A stretch of DNA of 64,000 nucleotides, taken from Caulobacterales bacterium (GTDB taxonomy: Bacteria > Pseudomonadota > Alphaproteobacteria > Caulobacterales > Aquidulcibacteraceae). Under the pieces are notes generated by a model that saw only the letters and a program-made list of their open reading frames with translations, searched no databases and was not told the origin of the DNA. Where the stretch lies: assembly GCA_044370335.1 (NCBI GenBank), contig JBILVS010000002.1, forward strand, positions 2,908 to 66,907, in the 5' to 3' direction. Positions 1-8,947 of the stretch are shown here, one piece after another. How positions within the stretch are numbered: the stretch's first letter is position 1; every line of letters begins with the position of its first letter. The translations under genes and the position numbers were made by a program.

Positions 1-777
1 TCGCTGACGCCGGGGGGCTCCATCGACGCCAGCCCGCCGGGCTTGTCGCTCAACTCCGGCAACCCGTTCCTCGACCCGATCCGGTCGGACAATCTCGATC
101 TCAGCATCGAATGGTATCCCTACGAGGAAGCCCTGTTCTCGGTGGCGCTGTTCAGCAAGAGCATCGACACGTTCGTGCAGCAGCTGCGCTCCACCGTTCC
201 TTATGCCGACACGGGCTTCCCGACCTCGCTTCTGCCGAGCGGCGTGACGCCAGCGGACCTCTTCGTGGTGACCCAATTCGTCAACACCGAGGGCGGCGAT
301 CTCACGGGCTTTGAGCTGACGCTGCAAACCCCGTTCACGTTCCTGCCGAGCCCGTTTGACGGCTTCGGCGGCCTTTTGAACTACACCGAGATCGAAAGCG
401 AAGTGAGCTACATCGTCAACGCGGCCACCGGCCAAACGGTGACCCAGCCGCTGGTGGGGCAATCGCCCCGGTCAGCAAGCGCCACGCTCTACTACGAGCG
501 CGGGCCGTTTGAGGCGCGGCTCTCGGCGACCTACCGCGACGAATATCTCACGCTGGTGCCTGCGCAGAACGGCAACGACGTCGAAGGCAAATCCGAACAG
601 CTGAACCTCGATTTCTCGGCGAGCTATGACGTCAATGATCGGGTTAGCCTCTCGTTCGAGGCGATCAACCTGACCGATCAATACGACGAGCGTTGGATCA
701 ACAGCCAGCGCCGCAACTCGAACAACTATGAGCATACGGGCCGCGAGTTCGTAGTCGGCCTGCGCTTCGCCTACTGA
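1..777 (+). CDS. TonB-dependent outer-membrane receptor, C-terminal fragment (5' end lies off-window)
   Basis: Frame 1 is open from base 1. The tail (...NLTDQYDERW...EHTGREFVVGLRFAY*) has the alternating beta-strand pattern and terminal aromatic residue typical of TonB-dependent receptor barrels. A hairpin/T-tract terminator follows. Confidence 0.75.
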   Translation, partial: SLTPGGSIDASPPGLSLNSGNPFLDPIRSDNLDLSIEWYPYEEALFSVALFSKSIDTFVQQLRSTVPYADTGFPTSLLPSGVTPADLFVVTQFVNTEGGDLTGFELTLQTPFTFLPSPFDGFGGLLNYTEIESEVSYIVNAATGQTVTQPLVGQSPRSASATLYYERGPFEARLSATYRDEYLTLVPAQNGNDVEGKSEQLNLDFSASYDVNDRVSLSFEAINLTDQYDERWINSQRRNSNNYEHTGREFVVGLRFAY

Positions 778-801
778 TTGGGGTGGTCCTGAACTTTTGA
801 G

Positions 802-845
802 CCGCAGGCTTGGGTGGTGGACACCCGGGCCTGCGGTTTTTTCTT
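802..845 (+). terminator. Rho-independent terminator after the receptor gene
   Basis: ccgcaggc (802-809) pairs with gcctgcgg (829-836). An inner gggtg/caccc stem (812-816/822-826) closes a 5-nt loop. A T6 run follows at 837-842. Confidence 0.65.
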
Positions 846-860
846 GTGAGGAGGCGGCGC

Positions 861-2513
861 GTGCGGCTGATCGGGAAGAGCGAGGGGCTATCGCGGCGGG
901 CGGTTTTGCTGGCTGGGGCTGCGGTCGCGGGATGCGCGACGGTTCCCGCCGGAGGGCCTTGGCAGGAGTACGATATCGCGCCGTCTGGTTTGGCGTTCGG
1001 GCATTTGCGCTGGGGCGAGGGGCCTGAAGGGCAACGCCGTGCTGATCTTGGCGACGGGCGCTATCTCAATCCGATTTTCGCCGGCGATTATCCGGATCCG
1101 GCGGTTCTGCGCGACGGCGACGTTTACTACGCAACTTTTTCGTCGTTTGACGCTTATCCCGGCTTGACGCTTTGGCGTTCAGAAGACCTCGTCAACTGGA
1201 CGCCGTTCGGCGCTGCCCTGCGTCAGCCGATCGGATCGGTCTGGGCGCCCGATCTCTGCAAGCACAATGGGCGCTATTACCTCTACATCCCCGCCCGCAC
1301 CCGCACGTATCGCTCGATCTATGTCATTCACGCCGAGCGGATGGAGGGCCCGTGGAGCGATCCGATCGATCTTGGCCTTCCGGCTCATATCGACCCCTGC
1401 CATGTGGCCGATCACGATGGCCGGCGCTTTCTGTTCCTGAGCGGCGGGGATCGGGTGCGCTTGAGCGAAGACGGCCTCTCTCTCGCGGGCGCTGTGGAGC
1501 ACGTCTACGACCCCTGGCGCTATCCCGACGATTGGACTGTTGAGAGCTTTTCGCCGGAAGGGCCCAAGATCGCCTGGCGCGCGCCCTATTGGTATATGAT
1601 CACCGCGGTGGGCGGGACAGCGGGGCCGCCCACGGGTCACATGGTGATCGCCGCCCGATCCCAGACCCTTGATGGTCCGTGGGAGGATTGTCCGCATAAC
1701 CCCCTGATCCGCACCCGGTCGGCGCGGGAGAAGTGGTGGTCGCGCGGCCATGCGACCCTGCTGGAAGGGCCGCAGGGCGACTGGCATCTGATGTATCACG
1801 GCTACGAGAACGGCTTCTGGACGCTTGGTCGCCAGACGCTTCTTGAGCCTGTTTCCTGGGGAGAGGATGGCTGGTTTTCCGCCGAGGGGGGGGATTTGTC
1901 GCGCCCCTTGCGCAAGCCGCTTCCTGGGCCGCCACAGCCGCACGGGGCTCCCTTAAGCGATGATTTCTCCACCGACAGGCTCGGGACGCAGTGGCGGTTC
2001 TATGATCCTGGACCGGAGGAACATCTTCGCCTGCGGCGGGGCGCCTTCGGCCTTGGCATGAGCGCCAAGGGAACAACCCCGAGCGATTGTTCGCCGCTGA
2101 GCTTTATCTGCGGGGATCTTGGCTATGAGGTTGAGACCGAGATCGAGATTGATCCTGAAACGGAAGCAGGCCTGATCCTGTTCTACAACCGGCGGCTTTA
2201 TGCGGGCCTTGGATTCAGATCCGGCGGGCTCGTCATGCATCGTTATGGCCTGCAGCGGCGAAGCGCTGCGCCGGAGGGCCTTGCCCAACGGCTTTTCCTC
2301 CGTCTGCGGAATGATCGCAACATCGTCACCATCCATCACAGCCTTGATGGGCAGACCTGGCGGCGCTTCGGCGTGCAGATGGAGGTGTCGGGCTATCACC
2401 ACAACACGATGGGCGACTTTTTGAGCCTCAGGCCTTCGCTCTATGCCGCCGGGCAGGGGGAAGCGCGCTTCCGGTGCGTGTCATACCGGGCGCTGCCTCA
2501 GGGGCCGGCCTGA
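861..2513 (+). CDS. Glycoside hydrolase family 43 (beta-xylosidase / alpha-L-arabinofuranosidase-like) with C-terminal lectin-like domain; Tat/lipoprotein-type leader
   Basis: N-terminal catalytic-domain motif NPIFAGDYPDPAVLRDGDVYYATFSSF plus WAPD..H.GRYYLY, typical of GH43. Leader is SRRAVLLAGAAVAGC. I chose GTG 861 (gaggagg 6 nt upstream) because the ORF-track start at 810 lies inside the upstream terminator hairpin. Confidence 0.8.
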   Translation: MRLIGKSEGLSRRAVLLAGAAVAGCATVPAGGPWQEYDIAPSGLAFGHLRWGEGPEGQRRADLGDGRYLNPIFAGDYPDPAVLRDGDVYYATFSSFDAYPGLTLWRSEDLVNWTPFGAALRQPIGSVWAPDLCKHNGRYYLYIPARTRTYRSIYVIHAERMEGPWSDPIDLGLPAHIDPCHVADHDGRRFLFLSGGDRVRLSEDGLSLAGAVEHVYDPWRYPDDWTVESFSPEGPKIAWRAPYWYMITAVGGTAGPPTGHMVIAARSQTLDGPWEDCPHNPLIRTRSAREKWWSRGHATLLEGPQGDWHLMYHGYENGFWTLGRQTLLEPVSWGEDGWFSAEGGDLSRPLRKPLPGPPQPHGAPLSDDFSTDRLGTQWRFYDPGPEEHLRLRRGAFGLGMSAKGTTPSDCSPLSFICGDLGYEVETEIEIDPETEAGLILFYNRRLYAGLGFRSGGLVMHRYGLQRRSAAPEGLAQRLFLRLRNDRNIVTIHHSLDGQTWRRFGVQMEVSGYHHNTMGDFLSLRPSLYAAGQGEARFRCVSYRALPQGPA

Positions 2514-3794
2514 GGCCAGGTCCCAGGCGGCGGGGTCGAAGGCGCGATAAACGGGCTCATCGGCGGGATAACCGCCGACCTCGCTTTGGCTGTCGATAAC
2601 CCGGCCGCGGCTCTCCAACACCTCCGCCACGAGGCGCGCGTCAATGGCGTGGCGCGCCCAGGGCCGCGCTCCGGCTGTGGGCAGAACTTGCGCTGCGGTT
2701 TCAGAGGCGGCGCAGACGTCCAACCCCTCGGGCCAGGCGGAGGGCGTCTCCTCTTCCGTCAGCGGCGCCGCGCCGGACCCGAACCGGCCGAAGGGCGCGG
2801 GCGCGGCAGCGCCGGAAACCGCTGTGCACAGATTATCCGCCGCATAAAGGCTCAAGGGGCCTTCTCCGCCCAAAGCGATCGCTGCGGACTCTTCCGGCGT
2901 TGATGGCCCGGCGCGGAACTCATTGCCCACAACAGCAAGGCGGCCGAGCTGATAGGCTTTGCCCTCCCACTCCGTGGCGTGGAGGTTGTAATGCAGGAAC
3001 CGCCGACCGGGATTGTAGACGAGGTTGTTGACCACCGCGCCCATGGTCCCGCCCTTGAAGAGTGGGTTGCGCTCGCGGTTACTGAGATAGAGGTTCCGGT
3101 ACAACAGAACGCCCTGAATGTTATCGTGGATCAGGCTGCCTTTGGAGTGTTCGCCCTTCGAGTGGGTGGAGTTCGACAGTCCTTCCGCAATGATGTTGTG
3201 GGCGTAAGTGATGCGTTTGGCGGTGCCGGCGCGCCAGTCATCGGGCGTCTCGCCCGCAAAGCGTGGTCCGGTCACGGACAGGTTTTCATCGGTTCCCCAG
3301 GTGAGCGAACAGTGCTCCACCAGCACATCGGCGGCCTCGCGCTCACAGACGAGGCTGTCCACTTCCCAGCCGCTCTCCGGCGCGCGGCCGAGATCGCCGG
3401 GACGGACCATCAGATGGCGCACATGCACATGCTGAGTGAGGATCCGCAGGCCGCCGCCAATCAGGGTGATCCCGGGTCCGGGGGCTGTCTCGCCGGCGAT
3501 CGTCACGTGGGGATCGCGAATGGCGAGGGACTCCCCCTCCAGGTTCAAAACGCCGCCGACCTCAAACACGATGATGCGTGGCCCTTCCATCCGGAGGGCT
3601 GCGTCCAGGCTGCCTTCGCCTTCGCGGGCCAGCGTCGTGACCCTGACAAGGGCGCCGCCTTCGCCCCCTAAAGGCCCCTCGACCCAGCCCCGGGGCGCGG
3701 CGCTCGGCAGCGACGCCTGCGCATGAGCGGAGCGCCCGAGAAGGAAGGGCGACGCCGCCCCGGCCGCGAGCAAGGACCGTCTGGACAAACGCAT
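2481..3794 (-). CDS. Pectate-lyase-like right-handed beta-helix protein, Tat signal
   Basis: Leader is MRLSRRSLLAAGAASPFLLGRSAHAQ. Repetitive beta-helix-like segments (HVTIAGETAPGPGITLIGGGLRI, HCSLTWGTDENLSV, NLYLSNRERNPLFKGG..VVNNLVYN) resemble polysaccharide-lyase family 1. The 3' end overlaps the convergent GH43 gene by 33 nt. Confidence 0.55.
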   Translation of the reverse strand: MRLSRRSLLAAGAASPFLLGRSAHAQASLPSAAPRGWVEGPLGGEGGALVRVTTLAREGEGSLDAALRMEGPRIIVFEVGGVLNLEGESLAIRDPHVTIAGETAPGPGITLIGGGLRILTQHVHVRHLMVRPGDLGRAPESGWEVDSLVCEREAADVLVEHCSLTWGTDENLSVTGPRFAGETPDDWRAGTAKRITYAHNIIAEGLSNSTHSKGEHSKGSLIHDNIQGVLLYRNLYLSNRERNPLFKGGTMGAVVNNLVYNPGRRFLHYNLHATEWEGKAYQLGRLAVVGNEFRAGPSTPEESAAIALGGEGPLSLYAADNLCTAVSGAAAPAPFGRFGSGAAPLTEEETPSAWPEGLDVCAASETAAQVLPTAGARPWARHAIDARLVAEVLESRGRVIDSQSEVGGYPADEPVYRAFDPAAWDLASGRPLRQRPV

Positions 3795-3840
3795 CGATTG
3801 CTCCTCTCAATGGGGCGTGGTCGTTTCCTGGATCAGCAAT

Positions 3841-3852
3841 GACACCGGTGTC
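3841..3852. promoter_or_regulatory. Perfect 12-bp palindrome GACACCGGTGTC in a divergent promoter region (candidate operator)
   Basis: Self-complementary 12-mer flanked by two TGATCA hexamers. It sits in the 119-nt spacer between the divergently transcribed lyase-like gene and kdgD. Confidence 0.3.
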
Positions 3853-3913
3853 TTGATCATGCAATCTCGGTTTTTGCTGGGGCGCGACAGGGCGCTCTGG
3901 AGGGAGCGCCGTC

Positions 3914-4831
3914 ATGGCTCGATTTTCCGTGGAGACGTTGGCGCCGGTTCTGGGCGGCGGCCTCCTGTCTTTTCCGGTCACCGCTTTCGATGGCCAGGGC
4001 GGGCTTGATCTGGCGCGCTACCAAGACCACTGCGCCTGGCTTCTGGAGCGCCCGATTTCGGGGCTCTTCGCGGCAGGGGGAACGGGCGAGTTTTTCTCTC
4101 TGACCCCAAGCGAGGTGGCGGCGGTCGTTCGCGCGGCGGCGGACGTCACCGATGGGCGCACTCCGGTCATCGCTGGTTGCGGCTACGGCACAGCCATGGC
4201 GGTGGAGTTGGCGCAGGCGGCGGAAGCGGCCGGCGCCGACGGGGTGCTGCTGCTGCCGCCTTACCTTGTGCAGAACGCGGACGCGGGGCTTGAGGCGCAT
4301 GTGTCGGCAGTGTGCGCCGCCACCCGTCTGGGGGTGATCCTTTATAACCGCGACAACGCGATCCTTGGGCCCGACGCGATTGCGCGTCTGGCGGCCCGGT
4401 GGCCGAACTTCATCGGCTTCAAGGACGGGGTCGGGGACCTGGAACTGATGACCCGCATCGTCAGCGCCTTGGGGGATCGGCTCGTTTATATCGGCGGGCT
4501 TCCGACCGCGGAGACCTTCGCCACGCCCTATCTGAAAATGGGGGTGAGCACCTATTCCAGCGCCATTTTCAATTTCGCGCCGGACTGGGCGCTGCGGTTC
4601 TATGAGGCCGTGCGGCGGGACGATCAGGCCTTCGTCACCGCGGCCCTGCGGGACTTCGTGTTGCCCTGGATCGCCATCCGCAACCGAGGGCGGGGCTACG
4701 CGGTGTCGATGATCAAAGCGGGGCTGCAGGCGGTGGGGCGCTCCTGCGGCGGGGTTCGACCGCCGCTCCTGGATGTGGCGAAGGGCGACTACGAGGACCT
4801 CGCCGCCCTGATCCAGCGCATCACCGCCTGA
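3914..4831 (+). CDS. kdgD: 5-dehydro-4-deoxyglucarate dehydratase (DapA/NAL superfamily)
   Basis: Matches my recollection of KdgD proteins along the whole length: LLSFPVTAFD, FAAGGTGEFFSL, LLLPPYL, GFKDGVGD, GGLPTAE, YSSAIFNF, GYAVSMIKAG. Confidence 0.85.
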   Translation: MARFSVETLAPVLGGGLLSFPVTAFDGQGGLDLARYQDHCAWLLERPISGLFAAGGTGEFFSLTPSEVAAVVRAAADVTDGRTPVIAGCGYGTAMAVELAQAAEAAGADGVLLLPPYLVQNADAGLEAHVSAVCAATRLGVILYNRDNAILGPDAIARLAARWPNFIGFKDGVGDLELMTRIVSALGDRLVYIGGLPTAETFATPYLKMGVSTYSSAIFNFAPDWALRFYEAVRRDDQAFVTAALRDFVLPWIAIRNRGRGYAVSMIKAGLQAVGRSCGGVRPPLLDVAKGDYEDLAALIQRITA

Positions 4832-4839
4832 GCCGCCGA

Positions 4840-5319
4840 TCAGGTCGCCGGGCTCGGCCGGGGTCGTTCGCGCACGTCGCCTGTCGTGTCGAGGGAGCGG
4901 ACCAGATCGGGCCGCGCCACGCGGCCGTCGCCGTCGCCGTCATAGCGTCCGAACCGGGCGATAAAGGCGTCGGTGAACTCGGTCGGATCAATGCTGTTGT
5001 CGACGTTACGGTCGACCTCCAGGCGGAAAGGGCCCAGCAGATCGCCGCCCATCTGGGTGCGGGAGAAGGTCTGCCATTCCAGGGGGCTCAGGGCGCCGCT
5101 TTGGTCGGCGTCCGCCGCGCTGAAGGCGCTCGTCAGCGCCGCCTGCAACTCCGCTTCCGTGGTCATGCGGTCGCCGTCGGCGTCCGCACCGGCGATCACA
5201 AACGCGTCGCCGGAGACCACAGCGCTGATGCGCTCGCCAAAGCTACCCGCAGGTGCGCCTCCCGACGCACAGGCGGCCAAGGCGGTCAGGGCGAAGAAGG
5301 CGGCGACGGGCTTGCTCAT
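4840..5319 (-). CDS. Secreted EF-hand calcium-binding lipoprotein
   Basis: Lipoprotein leader is MSKPVAAFFALTALAAC. Four D-x-D/N-x-D/S loops: DADGDRMTTEAEL, DADQSGALSPLEW, DRNVDNSIDPTEF, DGDGDGRVARPDL. The ATG overlaps the TetR stop codon (ATGA at 5316-5319). Confidence 0.7.
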   Translation of the reverse strand: MSKPVAAFFALTALAACASGGAPAGSFGERISAVVSGDAFVIAGADADGDRMTTEAELQAALTSAFSAADADQSGALSPLEWQTFSRTQMGGDLLGPFRLEVDRNVDNSIDPTEFTDAFIARFGRYDGDGDGRVARPDLVRSLDTTGDVRERPRPSPAT

Positions 5320-5957
5320 GAGGCTCCTTTAGATCGCACATCGGGTTTCAGGCTCTTTTGCGCAAGATCGCCCAGCGCCTGAAACAGCTTGTCGAGGTCC
5401 ATGGAGGCGGCTTCCTCGCCGCCGAGCAGTTTTTGGTGGATGACCGCCAACAGCATGGGCGCAAAAATCATCAGGGCCGCGGCCCGCAATTCCACCGGGC
5501 TCGCCGTGCCGTCGAGATGGGCGGCAAGGCGCTTTTCCAAGGCTGACAGCGACGGCTCCAGCAACTGGGTCAGATAGGCCTGGCCGACGGATTCATCGGC
5601 AACCCCCTCCAACAAGCCAAACATGTGGGCCCGGGCGAAGCCGCCGTGCGCCACACCAGCCTGGGAGGCGGCGACATAGCCCTTCACGGCGCTTTCCAGA
5701 TCGGGACCGGGCTCAGCCACCGCGTTGATGAAGGGGGCGGCGCGGTCGGCCAGCACGCGCAGAAGTTCAGCGGCGACCCCTTCGCGGTCACCGAAATAGT
5801 GGCGCAAGGTGGGCTCCGCCACGGCGCCGGCGTGGGCCAACTGGCGGAAGCTGGTGCGCTTGAGCTCTGATTTCAGAACGAAGTCCGCCAGGTCCTGCGC
5901 CAGCCGCTCGCGCTTTTCTTCGTAGTCGGGATTGCGACGACCAAGGGGACGGGGCAT
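5316..5957 (-). CDS. TetR/AcrR-family transcriptional regulator
   Basis: N-terminal HTH region (RERLAQDLADFVLKSELKRTSFRQLAHAGAVAEPTLRHYFGDREG) followed by a helical C-terminal domain. Start set at ATG 5957 (MPRPLGRR...); the upstream part of the 258-aa ORF is Arg-rich and looks non-coding. Confidence 0.8.
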   Translation of the reverse strand: MPRPLGRRNPDYEEKRERLAQDLADFVLKSELKRTSFRQLAHAGAVAEPTLRHYFGDREGVAAELLRVLADRAAPFINAVAEPGPDLESAVKGYVAASQAGVAHGGFARAHMFGLLEGVADESVGQAYLTQLLEPSLSALEKRLAAHLDGTASPVELRAAALMIFAPMLLAVIHQKLLGGEEAASMDLDKLFQALGDLAQKSLKPDVRSKGAS

Positions 5958-6100
5958 GCGACCTCTCTTTCGGCGCCGGGTCCACCGCGCGCGGCGGCGT
6001 AGGGCGGCGCTCCATGCACTGCGTGGCGAGGCGGGCGCGGGGACGAACAGCCATTCGCGCCCCATCAACACACCCCCAAGAGGCGCCACCATAGAGTGTG

Positions 6101-6130
6101 TTCGGCGGCGACTTCAACGCCGCCGCCGAA
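6101..6130. repeat. GC-rich 10-bp inverted repeat (hairpin) between the OMP and TetR genes
   Basis: ttcggcggcg (6101-6110) is the reverse complement of cgccgccgaa (6121-6130), with a 10-nt loop. No flanking T/A tract on either strand. Confidence 0.4.
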
Positions 6131-6172
6131 CAAATTAACGTCTCAACGCTTTCCAACGCATGGAAACCTAGA

Positions 6173-6961
6173 TCAAAACGCGATCCGGGCCCGCACGAGG
6201 ACCGGGATCGACAGGCGCTCGCCCTCGTCGTTGATCCGGGCAAGGCCCAGGCCGCCGATGGCGGTGTCGTTGTCTTCCAGGCCCGTGGTGTAGCGCACGC
6301 CGGTTTCAGCGCCGATGGAGAAGCGCTCGGTCACGGCGTAGGAGACGCCGATGTCCGCGCCGATCACGAAGGTCGTGCTGTCGTCGTAGAAGGCGACATT
6401 GTTGATCGCGATAGAGGCGGCCGGAATGGTGAAGGTCGCGCGGATTTCGTCGGTGAAGGCCGCGCCCACACGCCCGGCGACGTAGGGCTGCAGAGCGCCC
6501 TCACCGCCGAAATACTGGCGCAGGCCCGCTTCGACGCTGGTCGAGGTGAACTCGCCAAACTGGCCGAACACCGGCAGGGTCGCGCTCAGGGCCGGCACAA
6601 AGGCGCCGCCCACTTGCACGCGGGCTTCATCGGCTTGCGTGCGGCCGACGGCGACGAACAGCTCGCGGTTGCTCCCGAGGCCGTAAGCGCCTTCGAGGCC
6701 GAAGGTGTTGGCTTCGCCGTAGATGTCATCGAAGCTGCGGGACTGGATGCGCAGCTCGGCGGACACGCCGGCCAGGGCCGGGTTCAGGGGGCCGAGATTG
6801 GCGATCGGGGCGATGGCGCCGCCGTGGACGTCGCCGCCGACGGGGAAGTCAGCGCCGAGGTTGATGCTGCCGGCGAAGGCGCCGCGTTCCAGGGGTTGGG
6901 CCAGGGCCGGGGAGGCCAGGGCGATCAGCGCCGAGCAAACGACGAAAAAGGCTTTACGCAT
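6173..6961 (-). CDS. Outer-membrane beta-barrel protein
   Basis: Sec signal MRKAFFVVCSALIALASPALAQP, Gly/aromatic-rich alternating strands, C-terminal ...VLVRARIAF* with terminal Phe. Confidence 0.7.
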   Translation of the reverse strand: MRKAFFVVCSALIALASPALAQPLERGAFAGSINLGADFPVGGDVHGGAIAPIANLGPLNPALAGVSAELRIQSRSFDDIYGEANTFGLEGAYGLGSNRELFVAVGRTQADEARVQVGGAFVPALSATLPVFGQFGEFTSTSVEAGLRQYFGGEGALQPYVAGRVGAAFTDEIRATFTIPAASIAINNVAFYDDSTTFVIGADIGVSYAVTERFSIGAETGVRYTTGLEDNDTAIGGLGLARINDEGERLSIPVLVRARIAF

Positions 6962-7012
6962 GAGGTTCTCCTCACTTGGGCGGGGACAACCCCCGCGGGC
7001 GCCCTACATATC

Positions 7013-7025
7013 CTATATCATATAG
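7013..7025. promoter_or_regulatory. AT-rich palindrome CTATAT-C-ATATAG in the OMP / ThDP-enzyme divergent spacer
   Basis: 6-bp perfect arms around one central base, within the only strongly AT-rich stretch (7005-7040) of this region, 52 nt upstream of the OMP start codon. Confidence 0.25.
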
Positions 7026-7178
7026 AATAAAAAATGAGATTCTCTCCATGCGCGAACTTTCGCTTTGGCGCTCGGCGATGGCGCGCATGGCGACATGGGT
7101 CGTGCGGATTGGTCTAAGAACGCGAATGGGCTAGGGAGGGCTCCCGAAGACCCTGCTTTTGCCCTGAGAAGATCCGCT

Positions 7179-8861
7179 ATGGCTGAGACCCCCGCCCATC
7201 AGATCGTCGCCCCCCAATCTGTTGCTGGGGCCTTGGTGGCCGCGCTTTTGGCGCAAGGGGTGAGGCGCGTGTTCTGCGTGCCGGGGGAGAGCTATCTAAG
7301 CGTGCTGGACGCCCTCTATGCCACGCAGGGCGCCATTGAGGTGATCGTCTGCCGCCACGAAGCGGGCGCCGCGAACATGGCGGAGGCCCATGGAAAGCTC
7401 ACAGGGGAGCCGGGGGTGTGCTTCGTCACCCGCGGACCGGGCGCCACCCACGCCAGCATCGGGGTTCACACCGCGCGCCAGGATTCCACGCCGATGATCC
7501 TGTTCATCGGTCAGGTGGCGGCGGCGGATAAAGAGCGCGAGGCCTTCCAGGAGGTGGATTACCGCGCCTTCTTCGGACCTTTGGCGAAATGGGCGACCGA
7601 GCTTGAGCGCCCGGATCGGGTCTCGGAGCTGGTGGAGCGCGCCTTCGCCACCGCGTTGAGCGGGCGCCAGGGGCCGGTCGTCATGGCGCTGCCGGAAGAC
7701 ATTCTCGATCAGCCTGCCTTGGGCCCTGCGCCGGCGAAAGCGCGCCCGCCCCGGGGCGGGTTGACGCCGGCTTTCGTTGAGGCTCTCGGCGAGCGCCTGC
7801 AAGCGGCGCAGAAGCCCCTTCTGGTTCTGGGCGGTTCCGGTTGGGATGAAGGCGCGGTTCAGGCTCTGGAAGGCTTTGTAAGCGCTGCAAGCCTTCCCAC
7901 GGTGTGCTCGTTCCGCCGCAAGCACCTTCTGAACAACGACCATCCCTGCTTTGTCGGCGATCTGGGCCTTGGGCCGAACCCGAAGCTGATTGCGCGGGTG
8001 AAAGAGGCTGATCTCGTCATCGCGTTGGGCGCGCGGTTGGGGGAAAACCCAAGCCAAGCCTACACCTTGTTCACCCGGGAAGAGGCGCGGGCGAAGCTCG
8101 TTCATATCCACCCGGACCCCGAGGAATTGGGCCGGGTGTGGCCGAACGCCTTGTCGGCGGCAGCGGATATGCCGAGCGCTGTGGGCGCTTTGGCCGGGCT
8201 CTGCGTGGACGGCGCCCGCTGGGCGGCTTGGCGGGAGGACGCGCGGAGCGACTATGAGGCCTTCACCCGGCCGCTGCCGGATCAGGGGCGGGTCAATCTG
8301 GCGGAGGTGTACGCCCATCTGGCTGAGGCGCTGCCGGCGGATTCGATCATCACCAACGGGGCGGGCAATTACGCCGCTTGGCTGCATCGCTTCTATCGCC
8401 ACCGGGCCTTTCGGACCCAACTGGCGCCGACCAGCGGGGCCATGGGGTACGGCCTTCCGGCCTCCATCGCGGCTAAGCTCGAGCATCCTGACCGGACGGT
8501 GGTGTGCGCCGCCGGCGACGGCTGCCTGATGATGATCGTGCAGGAATTGGCGACCGCTGCTCAATACGGCGCGGCGATTATCGTGCTGGTGATCGACAAC
8601 GGCAGCTACGGCACCATCCGGATGCACCAGGAGCGGCATTTCCCTGGCCGGGTGATGGCGACCGACCTCGCCAATCCGGATTTCGCCGCGCTGGCGCAAG
8701 CCTGCGGCTTCTTCGCGGTGAAGGTCGATGAAACCGCCGAATTCCCGTCGGCGCTGGCGGCGGCGCGGGCCTCTGGGCGGCCGTCCCTGATCCACCTTAA
8801 GACCGATGTGGAGCAGATCGGCCCCGGCCGGACGATCACGGCGCTGCGGTCCGGCGCCTGA
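7179..8861 (+). CDS. Thiamine-diphosphate-dependent enzyme (acetolactate-synthase large-subunit-like)
   Basis: N-terminal Pyr-domain motif VFCVPGESYL...EAGAANMAEAHGKLTGEPGVCFVTRGPGATH and C-terminal ThDP motif GDGCLMM...ELATA...N. Start set at ATG 7179 (MAETPAHQ). Confidence 0.8.
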   Translation: MAETPAHQIVAPQSVAGALVAALLAQGVRRVFCVPGESYLSVLDALYATQGAIEVIVCRHEAGAANMAEAHGKLTGEPGVCFVTRGPGATHASIGVHTARQDSTPMILFIGQVAAADKEREAFQEVDYRAFFGPLAKWATELERPDRVSELVERAFATALSGRQGPVVMALPEDILDQPALGPAPAKARPPRGGLTPAFVEALGERLQAAQKPLLVLGGSGWDEGAVQALEGFVSAASLPTVCSFRRKHLLNNDHPCFVGDLGLGPNPKLIARVKEADLVIALGARLGENPSQAYTLFTREEARAKLVHIHPDPEELGRVWPNALSAAADMPSAVGALAGLCVDGARWAAWREDARSDYEAFTRPLPDQGRVNLAEVYAHLAEALPADSIITNGAGNYAAWLHRFYRHRAFRTQLAPTSGAMGYGLPASIAAKLEHPDRTVVCAAGDGCLMMIVQELATAAQYGAAIIVLVIDNGSYGTIRMHQERHFPGRVMATDLANPDFAALAQACGFFAVKVDETAEFPSALAAARASGRPSLIHLKTDVEQIGPGRTITALRSGA

Positions 8862-8894
8862 GTCCCTTTTGCGGCTTTGAGCCCAAAAGACAAC

Positions 8895-8930
8895 GCCCTC
8901 CCCTGATGGCAGGGGAGGGCGCGCCTTTTT
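8895..8930. terminator. Bidirectional terminator between convergent ThDP-enzyme and dcp genes
   Basis: 11-bp perfect stem gccctcccctg/caggggagggc with loop atgg, then gcgccTTTTT on the plus strand. The minus-strand side reads tctttt. Confidence 0.65.
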
Positions 8931-8947
8931 AGGTTCGCTGCTTGCGG

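Noticed and set aside
810-860. Upstream extension of the GH43 ORF (track start 810)
   Set aside because: These codons overlap the hairpin and T-tract of the preceding terminator. A GTG with a gaggagg Shine-Dalgarno at 861 gives a normal Tat/lipoprotein leader.
7040-7178. Possible TPP riboswitch upstream of the ThDP-dependent enzyme (contains cctgagaag)
   Set aside because: Apart from a CUGAGA-like hexamer, none of the conserved thi-box stems or sequence can be drawn. ThDP-using enzymes are also not the usual targets of this riboswitch.
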